From: an uncultured Gemmatimonadota bacterium
GTDB taxonomy: Bacteria > GCA-2686955
Assembly (NCBI GenBank): GCA_964490075.1
Contig: CAZBBK010000001.1
Coordinates: forward strand, 1 to 64,000
DNA length: 64,000 bases
Direction of reading: 5' to 3'
The notes beneath the pieces are model-generated. The model did no database searches and was not told the DNA's origin. It saw only the letters and a list, made by a program, of their open reading frames with translations. This document shows, in pieces, positions 38,101 to 46,238 of this stretch. The position numbers and the translations under genes were made by a program. The stretch's first letter is position 1. Each line of letters begins with the position of its first letter.

Positions 38101-39488
38101 ACCTGCAGCGCGACGACCTGCAGGCGGCGCGAAAGGCGCTCGATCGGGCCTTGCGCATCGCTCGTTCCGAAGGTGTGCGCTCGATGGAGATCCAGGCTCT
38201 GGCGGCGGCCGCGGAGCTGAGCCGCCGCAGCGGGCGGCTGGACGAGGCTCGAGCGCACTACACCGAGGGCCTGGAGCTCGCCGAGTCGATGGGGCACGCC
38301 GACGGCCGCGCGGCTTGCACCCTGGGGATGGGCGAGGTCGCCTTCCTTCGCGGATCGTGGCGCGGGGCGCACCAGCGCTCCGGCGACGCGGTCGAGATGT
38401 TCCGCGCCCAGCGCCGCGTCGACGCGCTCTCCACCGCCCTGGTCCTGCACGCGGCGGTGCTCGGAGTCACCGGCGACCAGGGGAGCGCGCTGCGCTGCGC
38501 CGACGAGGCCGCCGAGCTCGCCGAGAGCGCCGCGCTGCCCGGAGCGATCGCCCAGGCCCAGGGGGAGAGGGGTCGGATCCTGGGGCGGCTCGGCCGCAGC
38601 GGCGAGGCCCGAACCGCTCTCGACACGGCGCTGCGCGCGGCCGGAGAGGAGCACGGACCGGCGGCCCGAGTGGCCTGCCTGCTGGAGCGGATCCGGCTGG
38701 AGATCCGCTGTGGCGGCTGGACCGAGGTGATCGGCGCGCTCACCGAGGCGCGGCGTCTCGACCGTCACCGCAAGGCCGACTCCGGCGAGCGGTCGCGGGT
38801 GGCGGCAGTGGGCGCGCTGGCCAGTCTGGCGTTGGGAGATCCCCACGATGCCTTGCAGCAGATCGAGCCCTGTGCCCGGCAGGCCTGGGGGAACGGCGAG
38901 CTGCCCGATGCACTGGAGGCGACCTTCTGGTGGGCCGAGACTCTGCTTCGCCTGGGCCGCCCCGAAGAGGCTCGCGAGGAGCTATTGCGATGCCGCCTGG
39001 CGGAGGCGGCGACCTGCATCGCCGGCAGTCCCGCGCTCGATGCCGAGCAGTCGCTGCTGGACGCCGCGCTGGCACTGGAATCGGGGGACGGAGAGCAGTC
39101 CCGCCAGCTTGCGCTCGACGCCGGCCGGCGGGCGCGCGACGCCGGCGACCAGCACCTCGAGGCGCGCAGCGAGCTGGCGGCGGCGCGCGGCGCCCTGCTG
39201 GCGGACGACCCGGAGCGCGCGGCCCGCCACGCCGAGCAGGGCCGAGCGATCGCGGTCGAGATCGGCTCGGCGCGTTTGGAGTGGATCGCGGCGGTGCGCG
39301 CCGGAGACTCCGCGCGCGCCGCCGGCCAGGCCGATCTTGCGCGCAGCCACGCGGTGCGTGCCGCCGAGATCTTCGAGATCCAGCTGGAACGTCTGCCGGC
39401 GGCGGGATCGTATCGAACCAGTTTCGCTTCACTGCCGGAGGTCGCCGAGTTGCGCGGGCTGATCGGGGCGTTGCGGGAGGGCGGATAG
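35187..39488 (+). CDS. Ser/Thr protein kinase fused to AAA/STAND ATPase and TPR repeats
   Basis: GRGEMGVVY, VALK, HRDLKPGN, DFG, YMAPE; Walker A GEAGIGKS, Walker B VELEDIHW, SGGNPFF, FRHALL; long TPR C-terminus. Confidence 0.93.
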   Translation: MSVQAPHPEQIGPHRIRGVFGRGEMGVVYRACGVGEGPDEVALKVIRSDRSIGREEFMRFKREFRALVRLEHRNVVRAFDMGNDEGLLYFAMEAVDGVDLHTWLDQRPGAEERRGAALRAFQQIFSALDYVHGQGIVHRDLKPGNVLVTADGVVKLTDFGLARDHAERQGLTRTGLLVGTVAYMAPEQIKAERNLDSRADLYAAGVMLFEALTGRLPFEHEGIAALLQAHLGEAPPDLSTLAPWAPPALSELLSRLLGKTPAERPPTGRAAYVALSECAATIGATDPSPTVQTQWHGAEMIEKPAEFAFRSVLSGRRKEIERVGALLTRAREERGGVLLIEGEAGIGKSRLAAEAMELARWEGFRTLRGRHREGSSISYEGIAAVLQSSVALLNRVPVAQRRALLGERGRLLAPLAPELLELAGLEDLPPAPELSARETQRALIQCCAAFLVALSRQRPLAVELEDIHWAGEETIALLEEIAALSGSGIPFPLVVVASHRSDELPASHPISKGIAALRMRHELLALALAPLGPPSIHRMLESLVGKSAASDELGDHVAGVSGGNPFFAEELIRGLLLDGSLRENPASGELALVRAPDADAVPPSLSGMLGGRLEALRDDELLALRVVALALAAPTFDLIRHATGIDEDPLLDLLDLLVRRRILDEEPDGFQFRHALLRAAALRAISTPRRRQLHRRLAAATGEVHGDAQAAPLGRHLREGGRPEEAVPHLLRAAKGAAARLRFRDGIDLYREAAELAELELADLLELCRFEAETGQADRAETIARRVVERAANERAVEFHGRALLFLAHVSLQRAENEAARGLLEEAVALLERADESALLAEARRVLGEVLMRGGSFDEAGEHLRGAIEESRRCAERPEITASCLRSLARFERFRGRIQAALPLIRESLEICERHGNAKGRMHALAELGTALCLTQDLDGARRALEETAAAFESQGQLLQVCNALYSLGHVHLQRDDLQAARKALDRALRIARSEGVRSMEIQALAAAAELSRRSGRLDEARAHYTEGLELAESMGHADGRAACTLGMGEVAFLRGSWRGAHQRSGDAVEMFRAQRRVDALSTALVLHAAVLGVTGDQGSALRCADEAAELAESAALPGAIAQAQGERGRILGRLGRSGEARTALDTALRAAGEEHGPAARVACLLERIRLEIRCGGWTEVIGALTEARRLDRHRKADSGERSRVAAVGALASLALGDPHDALQQIEPCARQAWGNGELPDALEATFWWAETLLRLGRPEEAREELLRCRLAEAATCIAGSPALDAEQSLLDAALALESGDGEQSRQLALDAGRRARDAGDQHLEARSELAAARGALLADDPERAARHAEQGRAIAVEIGSARLEWIAAVRAGDSARAAGQADLARSHAVRAAEIFEIQLERLPAAGSYRTSFASLPEVAELRGLIGALREGG

Positions 39489-39499
39489 AGGACCACTCG

Positions 39500-39835
39500 C
39501 TACGGGCAGAACATCTCCCCCAGCACCAAGAGCGACTTCTCGAGGGCTCGAGGCGAGAGCTTGCCCAGCCGCTTCACCAGGCGACGACGGTCGACCGTCC
39601 GAATCTGGTCGAGAACCACATGCCCCGCCTTGCCCTGGAACCGGCAGGGCACTCGGAAGGGGTAAGAGCGGCTGCCCGTCGTCATGGGCGCCACGATGGT
39701 TGTCTCCATGTGGCTGTTGAGCTCGTCGGGTGAGACCACGACACACGGTCGGGTCTTCTGAATCTCATGCCCTCGGGTCGGATTGAGCGCGACCAGAAAT
39801 ACCTGACCGCGACGAACGTCCGCCGCGCTCACCAT
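39500..39835 (-). CDS. mazF: PemK/MazF-family endoribonuclease toxin
   Basis: RRGQVFLVALNPTRGHEIQKTRPCVVVS, DQIRTVD; start overlaps the antitoxin stop. Confidence 0.93.
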   Translation of the reverse strand: MVSAADVRRGQVFLVALNPTRGHEIQKTRPCVVVSPDELNSHMETTIVAPMTTGSRSYPFRVPCRFQGKAGHVVLDQIRTVDRRRLVKRLGKLSPRALEKSLLVLGEMFCP

Positions 39836-40077
39836 TCCCACTCCTCTTGGTCGAACGATGTGGGAAGGGGTTCGTCGAGCAGGCGATCCTCGCCGCGTGC
39901 GGAGAGCGCTTCCGCGGCCTCGGACCACCCCTGGCGGGCTTTCTTGGCGGGGGTGATCACGATCTCTCCCTCACGGACCCGCAGCTCGACCTCTTCGACC
40001 AGCCCCGCCAGTTCCAACAGGGGTTTGGACAGTCGAATTCCTCGGGAGTTTCCGATTCTGACGATCCTGGCCTTCAC
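39829..40077 (-). CDS. mazE: AbrB/MazE-family antitoxin
   Basis: IVRIGNSRGIRLSK AbrB fold, acidic tail ...EEWEW; GGAGG RBS. Confidence 0.93.
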   Translation of the reverse strand: MKARIVRIGNSRGIRLSKPLLELAGLVEEVELRVREGEIVITPAKKARQGWSEAAEALSARGEDRLLDEPLPTSFDQEEWEW

Positions 40078-40092
40078 GGTGGCACCTCCGAT

Positions 40093-40129
40093 GTGATTAC
40101 AACGTAATCACGGTAGATCGGGCCGTCAA
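40093..40129 (-). promoter_or_regulatory. mazEF promoter and palindromic operator
   Basis: TTGACG-17 bp-TACGTT on the minus strand; palindrome GTGATTAC-aac-GTAATCAC (40093-40111) covers the -10 box. Confidence 0.85.
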
Positions 40130-40233
40130 GTCCGTGGGCCAAGACGGGAAGTCATTCCCGCGCGGGCACCGCAGCAGCTATCATCCGCGGCCAAAGGCAA
40201 CTGATCCAAGAACCCCCGCCCCGGACCCAAGCG

Positions 40234-41664
40234 ATGTTCGAACAGACCGAAGGGCTCTTCCGCGAGCTTTTGCCCGCGGTCGATTTCTGCTCACTCCGGG
40301 TCGTCGAGACCCGTGCGGAGACCCTGCAGGCGCAGCGCGGCGTTCCTCTCGCCCCGGTGGCGACCCGGAATACCGGAGCCATGGTCACCGTGATCACGGA
40401 TGGCGGACTCGGCTACGCCGCCACCCACGATCTCTCCCGCGCCGGACTGGCGCGGGCCTTCGAGCGCGCCGGCGCCTGGGCTCGGGCCTCCGCGCAGGCC
40501 TCCATCTTCGACTACCGGCGCATCGTCTTCCCCCACCCGGTGGGCGAATTTCGTAGCTCCGAAGAGGAGCCTTGGGACGAGGTCTCCGACGCCGACAAGT
40601 TCGGCCTGCTGCGCGAGGCTTCGGAGGCGCTCACCGGTGACGAGCGTTTGGTCGATCGCTACGCGTCGCTCGGTCACACCATCACCGACAGCCTCTACCT
40701 GACCTCCGACGGCGGAAGGGTGGCGCAGCGAATCGTGCTCACGACCCCCGGCCTGTGGGTCGCCGCCCACGCCTACGGCGACACCGTGACCCGCTCCGAG
40801 GGCTTCGGAAGCATGCGCCAGGGCGGTATGGAGGTGCTGCGTCAGCTGGAGTTCGACTCGAGGCCGCGGCGCCTGCGCGAAGAAGTGTTGCAGCTGATCG
40901 AGGCGCCCAATTGCCCCACCGGCCGCATGAACGTGGTCCTGGCGCCGGACCAGATGTACCTGCAAATCCACGAATCGATCGGCCATCCCCTGGAGCTCGA
41001 TCGGGTGCTCGGCGACGAGCGCAACTATGCCGGCACCACTTTCGTCACTCCCGACATGGTCGGCTCCTACCGCTACGGCACCGAGCTCCTGAACATCAGC
41101 TTCGACCCCGGCGTGGCCGGCGAGGCGGCGGCCTACGCCTTCGACGACGAGGGGATGGCGGCCGAGCGCCGCTTCATCATCGAAAAAGGTGTTCTGGTGC
41201 GGCTCCTGGGCGGCATCACTTCGCAGGCTCGCTCGGGGCTTCCCGGAGTGGCATGTTGCCGGGCATCGGGCTGGGCGCGGCCGCCGATCGACCGCATGGC
41301 GAATCTCAACCTGGAGCCTGGCGAGTCGACGCTCGACGAGATGATCGCGGGCGTGGAAGAGGGCATCTACATGAAGTCGAACTGCTCCTGGTCGATCGAC
41401 GACTCGCGGCGCAAGTTCCAGTTCGGCTGCGAGTGGGGCCGGCGGATCGAGAAGGGTCGTCTGACCGAGGTGGTCAAGAAGCCGAACTACCGCGGCATCA
41501 GCGCCACATTTTGGCGCCACCTGGAGATGGTCGGCGACGCCGCCGGCGTCGAGATGCTGGGCACCCCCTACTGCGGCAAGGGCGAGCCGAACCAGACCGT
41601 CCACGTGGGCCACTCCACGCCGGCTTGCATGTTCAGCGACGTCGAGGTCTTTGGAGGAGAATGA
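40234..41664 (+). CDS. tldD: TldD metalloprotease
   Basis: IHESIGHPLELDR (HExxGH), FDDEG, PIDRMANLNL, WSIDD, CGKGEP. Confidence 0.93.
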   Translation: MFEQTEGLFRELLPAVDFCSLRVVETRAETLQAQRGVPLAPVATRNTGAMVTVITDGGLGYAATHDLSRAGLARAFERAGAWARASAQASIFDYRRIVFPHPVGEFRSSEEEPWDEVSDADKFGLLREASEALTGDERLVDRYASLGHTITDSLYLTSDGGRVAQRIVLTTPGLWVAAHAYGDTVTRSEGFGSMRQGGMEVLRQLEFDSRPRRLREEVLQLIEAPNCPTGRMNVVLAPDQMYLQIHESIGHPLELDRVLGDERNYAGTTFVTPDMVGSYRYGTELLNISFDPGVAGEAAAYAFDDEGMAAERRFIIEKGVLVRLLGGITSQARSGLPGVACCRASGWARPPIDRMANLNLEPGESTLDEMIAGVEEGIYMKSNCSWSIDDSRRKFQFGCEWGRRIEKGRLTEVVKKPNYRGISATFWRHLEMVGDAAGVEMLGTPYCGKGEPNQTVHVGHSTPACMFSDVEVFGGE

Positions 41665-42995
41665 TGGAGTGCCAACGCAGCGTCTTCTTCGAGCTGGTCG
41701 ACTACCTCCAGACCCGAGTGCGCAAGGGCGAGGTGTTTCTGGCTCGCTACGGCGGCGAGGAATCGGACTTCATCCGTTTCAGCCAGGCCAAGGTGCGCCA
41801 GGCGGGATCGGTGAACGACCACGGCATCTTCGTGGAGCTGATCGCGGGCTCGCGCCACGCCGCCAGCGCCGTCAATCTGAGCGGCGACCCGGCCCGCGAC
41901 CGGCGGCTGCTCGACGCCGAGCTGGAGCGGCTGCGAACGCGGCTGCGCGGGCTGCCGGAGGATTCCCACCTGCTCTACGCCACCGAGGTGCGCTCGACCG
42001 AGCGCATCGACAGGCACGAGCTGCCGAAGGGCGAAGAGGCTCTGGCCACCATTCTGGCGGCGGCCGCGAGCTACGACCTGGTCGGCATCTACGCCTCCGG
42101 CGCGGTGCATCGCGGCTTCGCCAACTCGCTCGGCCAGCGCAACTGGTTCTCGAGCGACACATTCAACTTCGAGTGGACCCTCTACCACCACGCCGACAAG
42201 GGGATCAAGGATTCCTTCGCCGGCTTCGATTGGGACCCGGACGCGCTCCGAGCCAGGATCGCGAAGAGCGCCCGGCGCCTCGATCTGCTGGCCCGCCCGC
42301 CTCATCCGGTGCAGCCGGGAGCCTACCGGGCCTTTCTCGAACCGGCGGCGGTCGCCGAGCTCTTGGCACTGGCCTCCTGGGGCGGATTCGGCCTCGAGGG
42401 AATCCGCACCAAGACCTCGCCGCTGCTGCACTTCTGGGATGGCGACACGGCCCTCGATCGGCGTGTCACTCTGTGCGAAAGCACCGCCAGCGGCACCGCT
42501 CCGCAGTTCGACGGATACGGTTTCTTGCGCCCCGAGAAGGTGTGCATGATCGATCGCGGACAGCGTGGAGAGCCGCTGGTCTCGCCGCGCAGCGCGCACG
42601 AGTACGGCGAGCCGACCAACGGCGCCAACCTGGGCGAATGGCCGGAGTCGCTAGAGCTGGGCGCGGGCGAAAGAGGGGCCAAAGAGATCCTGGGGAGCAT
42701 CGAGCGAGGGCTCTACGTGCAGCGCCTGTGGTACCTGAACTGGTCGGACGCCGCCGCGGCCCGAGTCACCGGCATGACCCGCTTCGCGTCGTTCTGGGTC
42801 GAGAAGGGGGAGCTGGTTGCGCCGCTGCCGGCGATGCGTTTCGACGAGACCCTCTACCACATCTTCGGCGACAACATGATCGAGCTCAGCCGCGAGCGGG
42901 AGCGGATCTTCGATCCGGAGACCTACGAGGGCCGCACCACGCGAAGCTCCCTGCTGCCCGCGATGTTGGTCGACGGCCTGCACTTGACACTTTGA
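41661..42995 (+). CDS. tldE: TldE/PmbA-family subunit
   Basis: RFSQAKVRQ, PGAYRAFLEP, LWYLNW...TGMTR, MRFDE; no HExxH; ATGA-coupled to tldD. Confidence 0.88.
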   Translation: MMECQRSVFFELVDYLQTRVRKGEVFLARYGGEESDFIRFSQAKVRQAGSVNDHGIFVELIAGSRHAASAVNLSGDPARDRRLLDAELERLRTRLRGLPEDSHLLYATEVRSTERIDRHELPKGEEALATILAAAASYDLVGIYASGAVHRGFANSLGQRNWFSSDTFNFEWTLYHHADKGIKDSFAGFDWDPDALRARIAKSARRLDLLARPPHPVQPGAYRAFLEPAAVAELLALASWGGFGLEGIRTKTSPLLHFWDGDTALDRRVTLCESTASGTAPQFDGYGFLRPEKVCMIDRGQRGEPLVSPRSAHEYGEPTNGANLGEWPESLELGAGERGAKEILGSIERGLYVQRLWYLNWSDAAAARVTGMTRFASFWVEKGELVAPLPAMRFDETLYHIFGDNMIELSRERERIFDPETYEGRTTRSSLLPAMLVDGLHLTL

Positions 42996-43150
42996 GATCT
43001 CGTCCGAGATATCCGACACGCGTCACTCGCGAAATCGACTCGCCAGTAGCGGTTGACGGCGTCGTTGTCTGCGCTTACACAGAAAGGGTCCCGTCCGCCG
43101 ATAGGCCCGGCGTGATTCCGGGCTCTACTCATCGATCCGAGGAGGTCTCG

Positions 43151-43969
43151 ATGATCGATCTCAAGACGCTCGCCGCGGCGCTGGTGTTGCCCCTCGCGAC
43201 CAGCGCGGCACTCGCGAGCTACGACATCGGCGATGTCGTCGACAACTTCGTCCTGGACGATGTCGATGGCGTGAGCCACGCACTGTACGATTACCAGGGC
43301 AAGCTGATCGTGCTCAACTTCGGAGAGTACTGGTGAGGCAGCTGCAACCTCGAATGGGCGGCGATGGATCAAGAGATCTGGCAGCCGTACAAGGACGAGG
43401 GCGTGGTGGTCATCACGATCGGATCCGATAGCTTCACTCAGTACAAGCAAAAAGAACAACAGTACAACACCGGATGGGTCTGGCTCTTCGACACCGCGGC
43501 CCAGCTCGAGGTCGACTATGGCGTCTGGTTCTACCCCAGCAACTTCATGATCGATCAGGAGCTGCGGCTGGCCTATCGCAGCAGCTACACGGAGTGGACC
43601 CTGGAGTACCTGCACGACCCGATCCAGGAGCACCAATACGATGTATTCGTGCACCAGATCGATCCCCGGCACCAGAGTGTGTTGCCCGGCGACACATTCT
43701 CCTTCGACGTGACGTTGACCAACGCCACGGCCGGAATCCGATCGGTGAGCGCCTGGCTCGACGCGATCTTGCCTGGTCACGTGAGCTACGCCGGCAATCC
43801 GCTCCAGACCCAGGAGCTGACGCTGCCGGGCGGCATCACGGCTGGCAGCACCTTATCGCTGGAGGTCCCGGGCAATGCCCCGGCGGGCGACTACTGGATT
43901 CGTCTGTCTGTGGGAGACGACCAGACACAAGCCGGTTGCGCCGACTTGACGCGCATCAGCGTGGAATAG
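43151..43969 (+). CDS. Secreted thioredoxin-fold (TlpA/AhpC-TSA-like) redoxin with in-frame TGA (probable selenocysteine, UxxC) and C-terminal Ig-like domain
   Basis: GGAGG RBS, signal peptide, GKLIVLNFGEYW-TGA(43334-36)-GSC; the frame continues into ORF 43364..43969 with YGVWFYPSNFMID; 272 aa with readthrough. Confidence 0.85.
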
Positions 43970-43982
43970 CCCTCACCGGCGG

Positions 43983-44010
43983 GCTCCGGCGTCCCCACGG
44001 GCGCCGGAGC
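43983..44010. terminator. Hairpin between convergent genes
   Basis: GCTCCGGCGTCC-CCAC-GGGCGCCGGAGC 12-bp stem; no U-tract. Confidence 0.5.
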
Positions 44011-44021
44011 ATCCGCGCGCC

Positions 44022-46238
44022 TCAAGAACACACGCTCACCACCGCTCCACCCAGCCCGGCGCTCTCCACCATGGCAAAGGTCGCAGCGCTGGCCGCGGCA
44101 AGCTGCTCGAAGGGAATTGGATCGCCGTCTCCGGCGGCGATCGCGCCCAGGAGCGCCCTCATCTCCTCGCGGTGGCCCTTGCCGCCGCGGAAGCGCTGCA
44201 CTCTGCGCTTGCCGCCGCGATGCAGCTCCAGGCGCCGCAGATCATCGAGGATCACCAGCGCGCCGTCGCCCAGCACCTCGACGCGCTCCTTGGGCGCGCG
44301 CTTATCGCCGCAGGACAGATAACGAAGTGTCGCCACCGAGCCGTCCGCAAAGCCCAGCGTGGCTGCCAGGTTGTCCGATGCCAGCCAGCGGCCGCCGCGG
44401 TCGTGCAGCGCCTGGGCGCTGACTCGGACCGGCAGGCTGCCCAGGGCGTGGATCATGAGATCGACGAAGTGCCCGCACTCGCCGATGATCCGTCCGCCAC
44501 CGATCGCCGGATCCTGGTACCAGTGGTCGCGATCGATCGGCCCCGCGTTGACCCGGTAGTCGATCTGGAAGGGGCCGCGCAGCCCGGCCAGAGTCGATTG
44601 CAGCGCCATGCCGGCCGCCGAGAAGCGGCGATTGTAGCCGACCATCAACAGCCGGCCGCTCGAGGCGCGAGCCTCCGCCACCCCTTTCAGCTCTCCGCGA
44701 TCGAGCGCCAGAGGCTTCTCGACGAAGACATGCTTGCCGGCGGCCAACGCCTGCGCGACCAGCGACGCGTGACTGTCGTGGCGGGTGAGGATCAGCACCG
44801 CGTCTAGCGCATCGTCGGCGAAGACCTGCTCATGAGTGTCGCAGGCCCGCCCCACGCCGAACTGTTGCTGGGCGGCATGGGCGCTGAGCCCCGACGCGGT
44901 CGCCACCGCCGCCAGCCGGTGCGCGGGCGCGCCCTTCATAGCCGGCAGCAAGGTGCCGCGCGCGAAATTGCCGGCGCCGATCAGCCCCAGGGCAACCGGC
45001 CGATCCAGCCGCGCCCGCGCGGGCGGTTCCGGCGCGGACGCGGGCACCGGCAACGAGTCGCGCTCCGTCGTGCCCTCCCGCTCGCGCCCGGCATCGGGCG
45101 CGGGATAGCGCAACACGATACCGAGCGAGCGCTCGGCGTCCGAGCGCCCCGAGAGCAGCTCGAAGGCCTCGTCCGCCTGCGAGACATCGAAGCGATGGGT
45201 CACGATCCCATCCAGCGACACTTTGCCGCGAGCCAAAAGGTCGAGAAAGAGGTCGAGGTTGCGACCCTCGGTCCAGCGCACGTAGCCGATCGGGTAGTCG
45301 AAGCCCCGCTCCTCGTAGTCGGGGTCGTAACGACCCGGCCCGTAGGATCGACTGAGGACGATCCTCGCCTCTTTCTCGTAGAACGCACTGTTGACACTGC
45401 GCGGAACGTCGATCCGCACACCGCCGACGATCGATACCACGCCCCGGTCGCGCACGATCTCGCCGGCCAGGTCGACCACCGCTCCGGAGTTGGATGAGGC
45501 GGTGATGATCGCCGCATCGACTCCACGCTGCTCGGTGAAGGCGCCGACCAGCATCGCCACCTCGTCGCCCGAACCGCGCACCGCCTCGTCGATGCCGCCG
45601 AGCAGCGCCTCGGCCACCGCCGTCGGATCGACGTCGATTCCAATCACCCGAAAGCCGCCGGCCTGCAGAATGCGCGCGGTGATCTGACCGATCAGTCCCA
45701 ACCCCACCACCGCCACCGAGCCACCGAAGGGGATCTCCGCCTGGTGAATCCCCTGCAGCGCGATCGCACCCAGCGTGGCGAAGGCGGCATCGTCGAACGA
45801 CACTCCCGCCGGCACCCGCGCCACCAGGTTGCGCGGCACCCAGTTCATCTCGGCGTGACAGGCGTAGCCGACTCCGGCGCAGACCACCGAATCCCCCACC
45901 GCGATCCCTTCCACGCCGGCACCAAGGGCGACCACCTCGCCGGCGGCGCTGTAGCCCAGGTCCTTCAGCGTGTCGAGGCGCGCTCGGACCTTGCGAATCG
46001 TGGCGCCGAGCCCTTCACGCTGGGCAGTGGCGACGACCTGGCGAACCAGGTCCGGCCGCTCCGCCGCCTTGCCCGCCAGAGATCGCCGTGCGGTCCGAAA
46101 GGTCGAACCCTCGGTTCCCGAGCTGATCGCGCTGGCCGCCGTGCGCACCAGCACGCCGCCGGGCCGCAACGCCGGGGGAGGCACCTCCGCCACGCTCAGC
46201 TCACCGGTGCGAAAGCTCTGTACCACTTGCTGAATCAC
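44022..46238 (-). CDS. Bi-domain oxidoreductase (MDR dehydrogenase + Gfo/Idh/MocA), typical of glycan loci
   Basis: ISSGTE, LGYSAAG, GLGLIG, SRSYGPGRYD...YVRWTEGRN; second domain IGAGNFA, HVFVEKP, GYNRRF, GECGHFVD. Confidence 0.92.
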   Translation of the reverse strand: MIQQVVQSFRTGELSVAEVPPPALRPGGVLVRTAASAISSGTEGSTFRTARRSLAGKAAERPDLVRQVVATAQREGLGATIRKVRARLDTLKDLGYSAAGEVVALGAGVEGIAVGDSVVCAGVGYACHAEMNWVPRNLVARVPAGVSFDDAAFATLGAIALQGIHQAEIPFGGSVAVVGLGLIGQITARILQAGGFRVIGIDVDPTAVAEALLGGIDEAVRGSGDEVAMLVGAFTEQRGVDAAIITASSNSGAVVDLAGEIVRDRGVVSIVGGVRIDVPRSVNSAFYEKEARIVLSRSYGPGRYDPDYEERGFDYPIGYVRWTEGRNLDLFLDLLARGKVSLDGIVTHRFDVSQADEAFELLSGRSDAERSLGIVLRYPAPDAGREREGTTERDSLPVPASAPEPPARARLDRPVALGLIGAGNFARGTLLPAMKGAPAHRLAAVATASGLSAHAAQQQFGVGRACDTHEQVFADDALDAVLILTRHDSHASLVAQALAAGKHVFVEKPLALDRGELKGVAEARASSGRLLMVGYNRRFSAAGMALQSTLAGLRGPFQIDYRVNAGPIDRDHWYQDPAIGGGRIIGECGHFVDLMIHALGSLPVRVSAQALHDRGGRWLASDNLAATLGFADGSVATLRYLSCGDKRAPKERVEVLGDGALVILDDLRRLELHRGGKRRVQRFRGGKGHREEMRALLGAIAAGDGDPIPFEQLAAASAATFAMVESAGLGGAVVSVCS

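Noticed and set aside
34944-38846. Very long antisense or alternate-frame ORFs (this 1300-aa ORF; also 22652..24799, 54671..56872, 47953..49950 and others)
   Set aside because: Shadow ORFs expected in very GC-rich DNA; Arg/Gly/Ala/Pro-rich with no motifs, overlapping well-supported genes.
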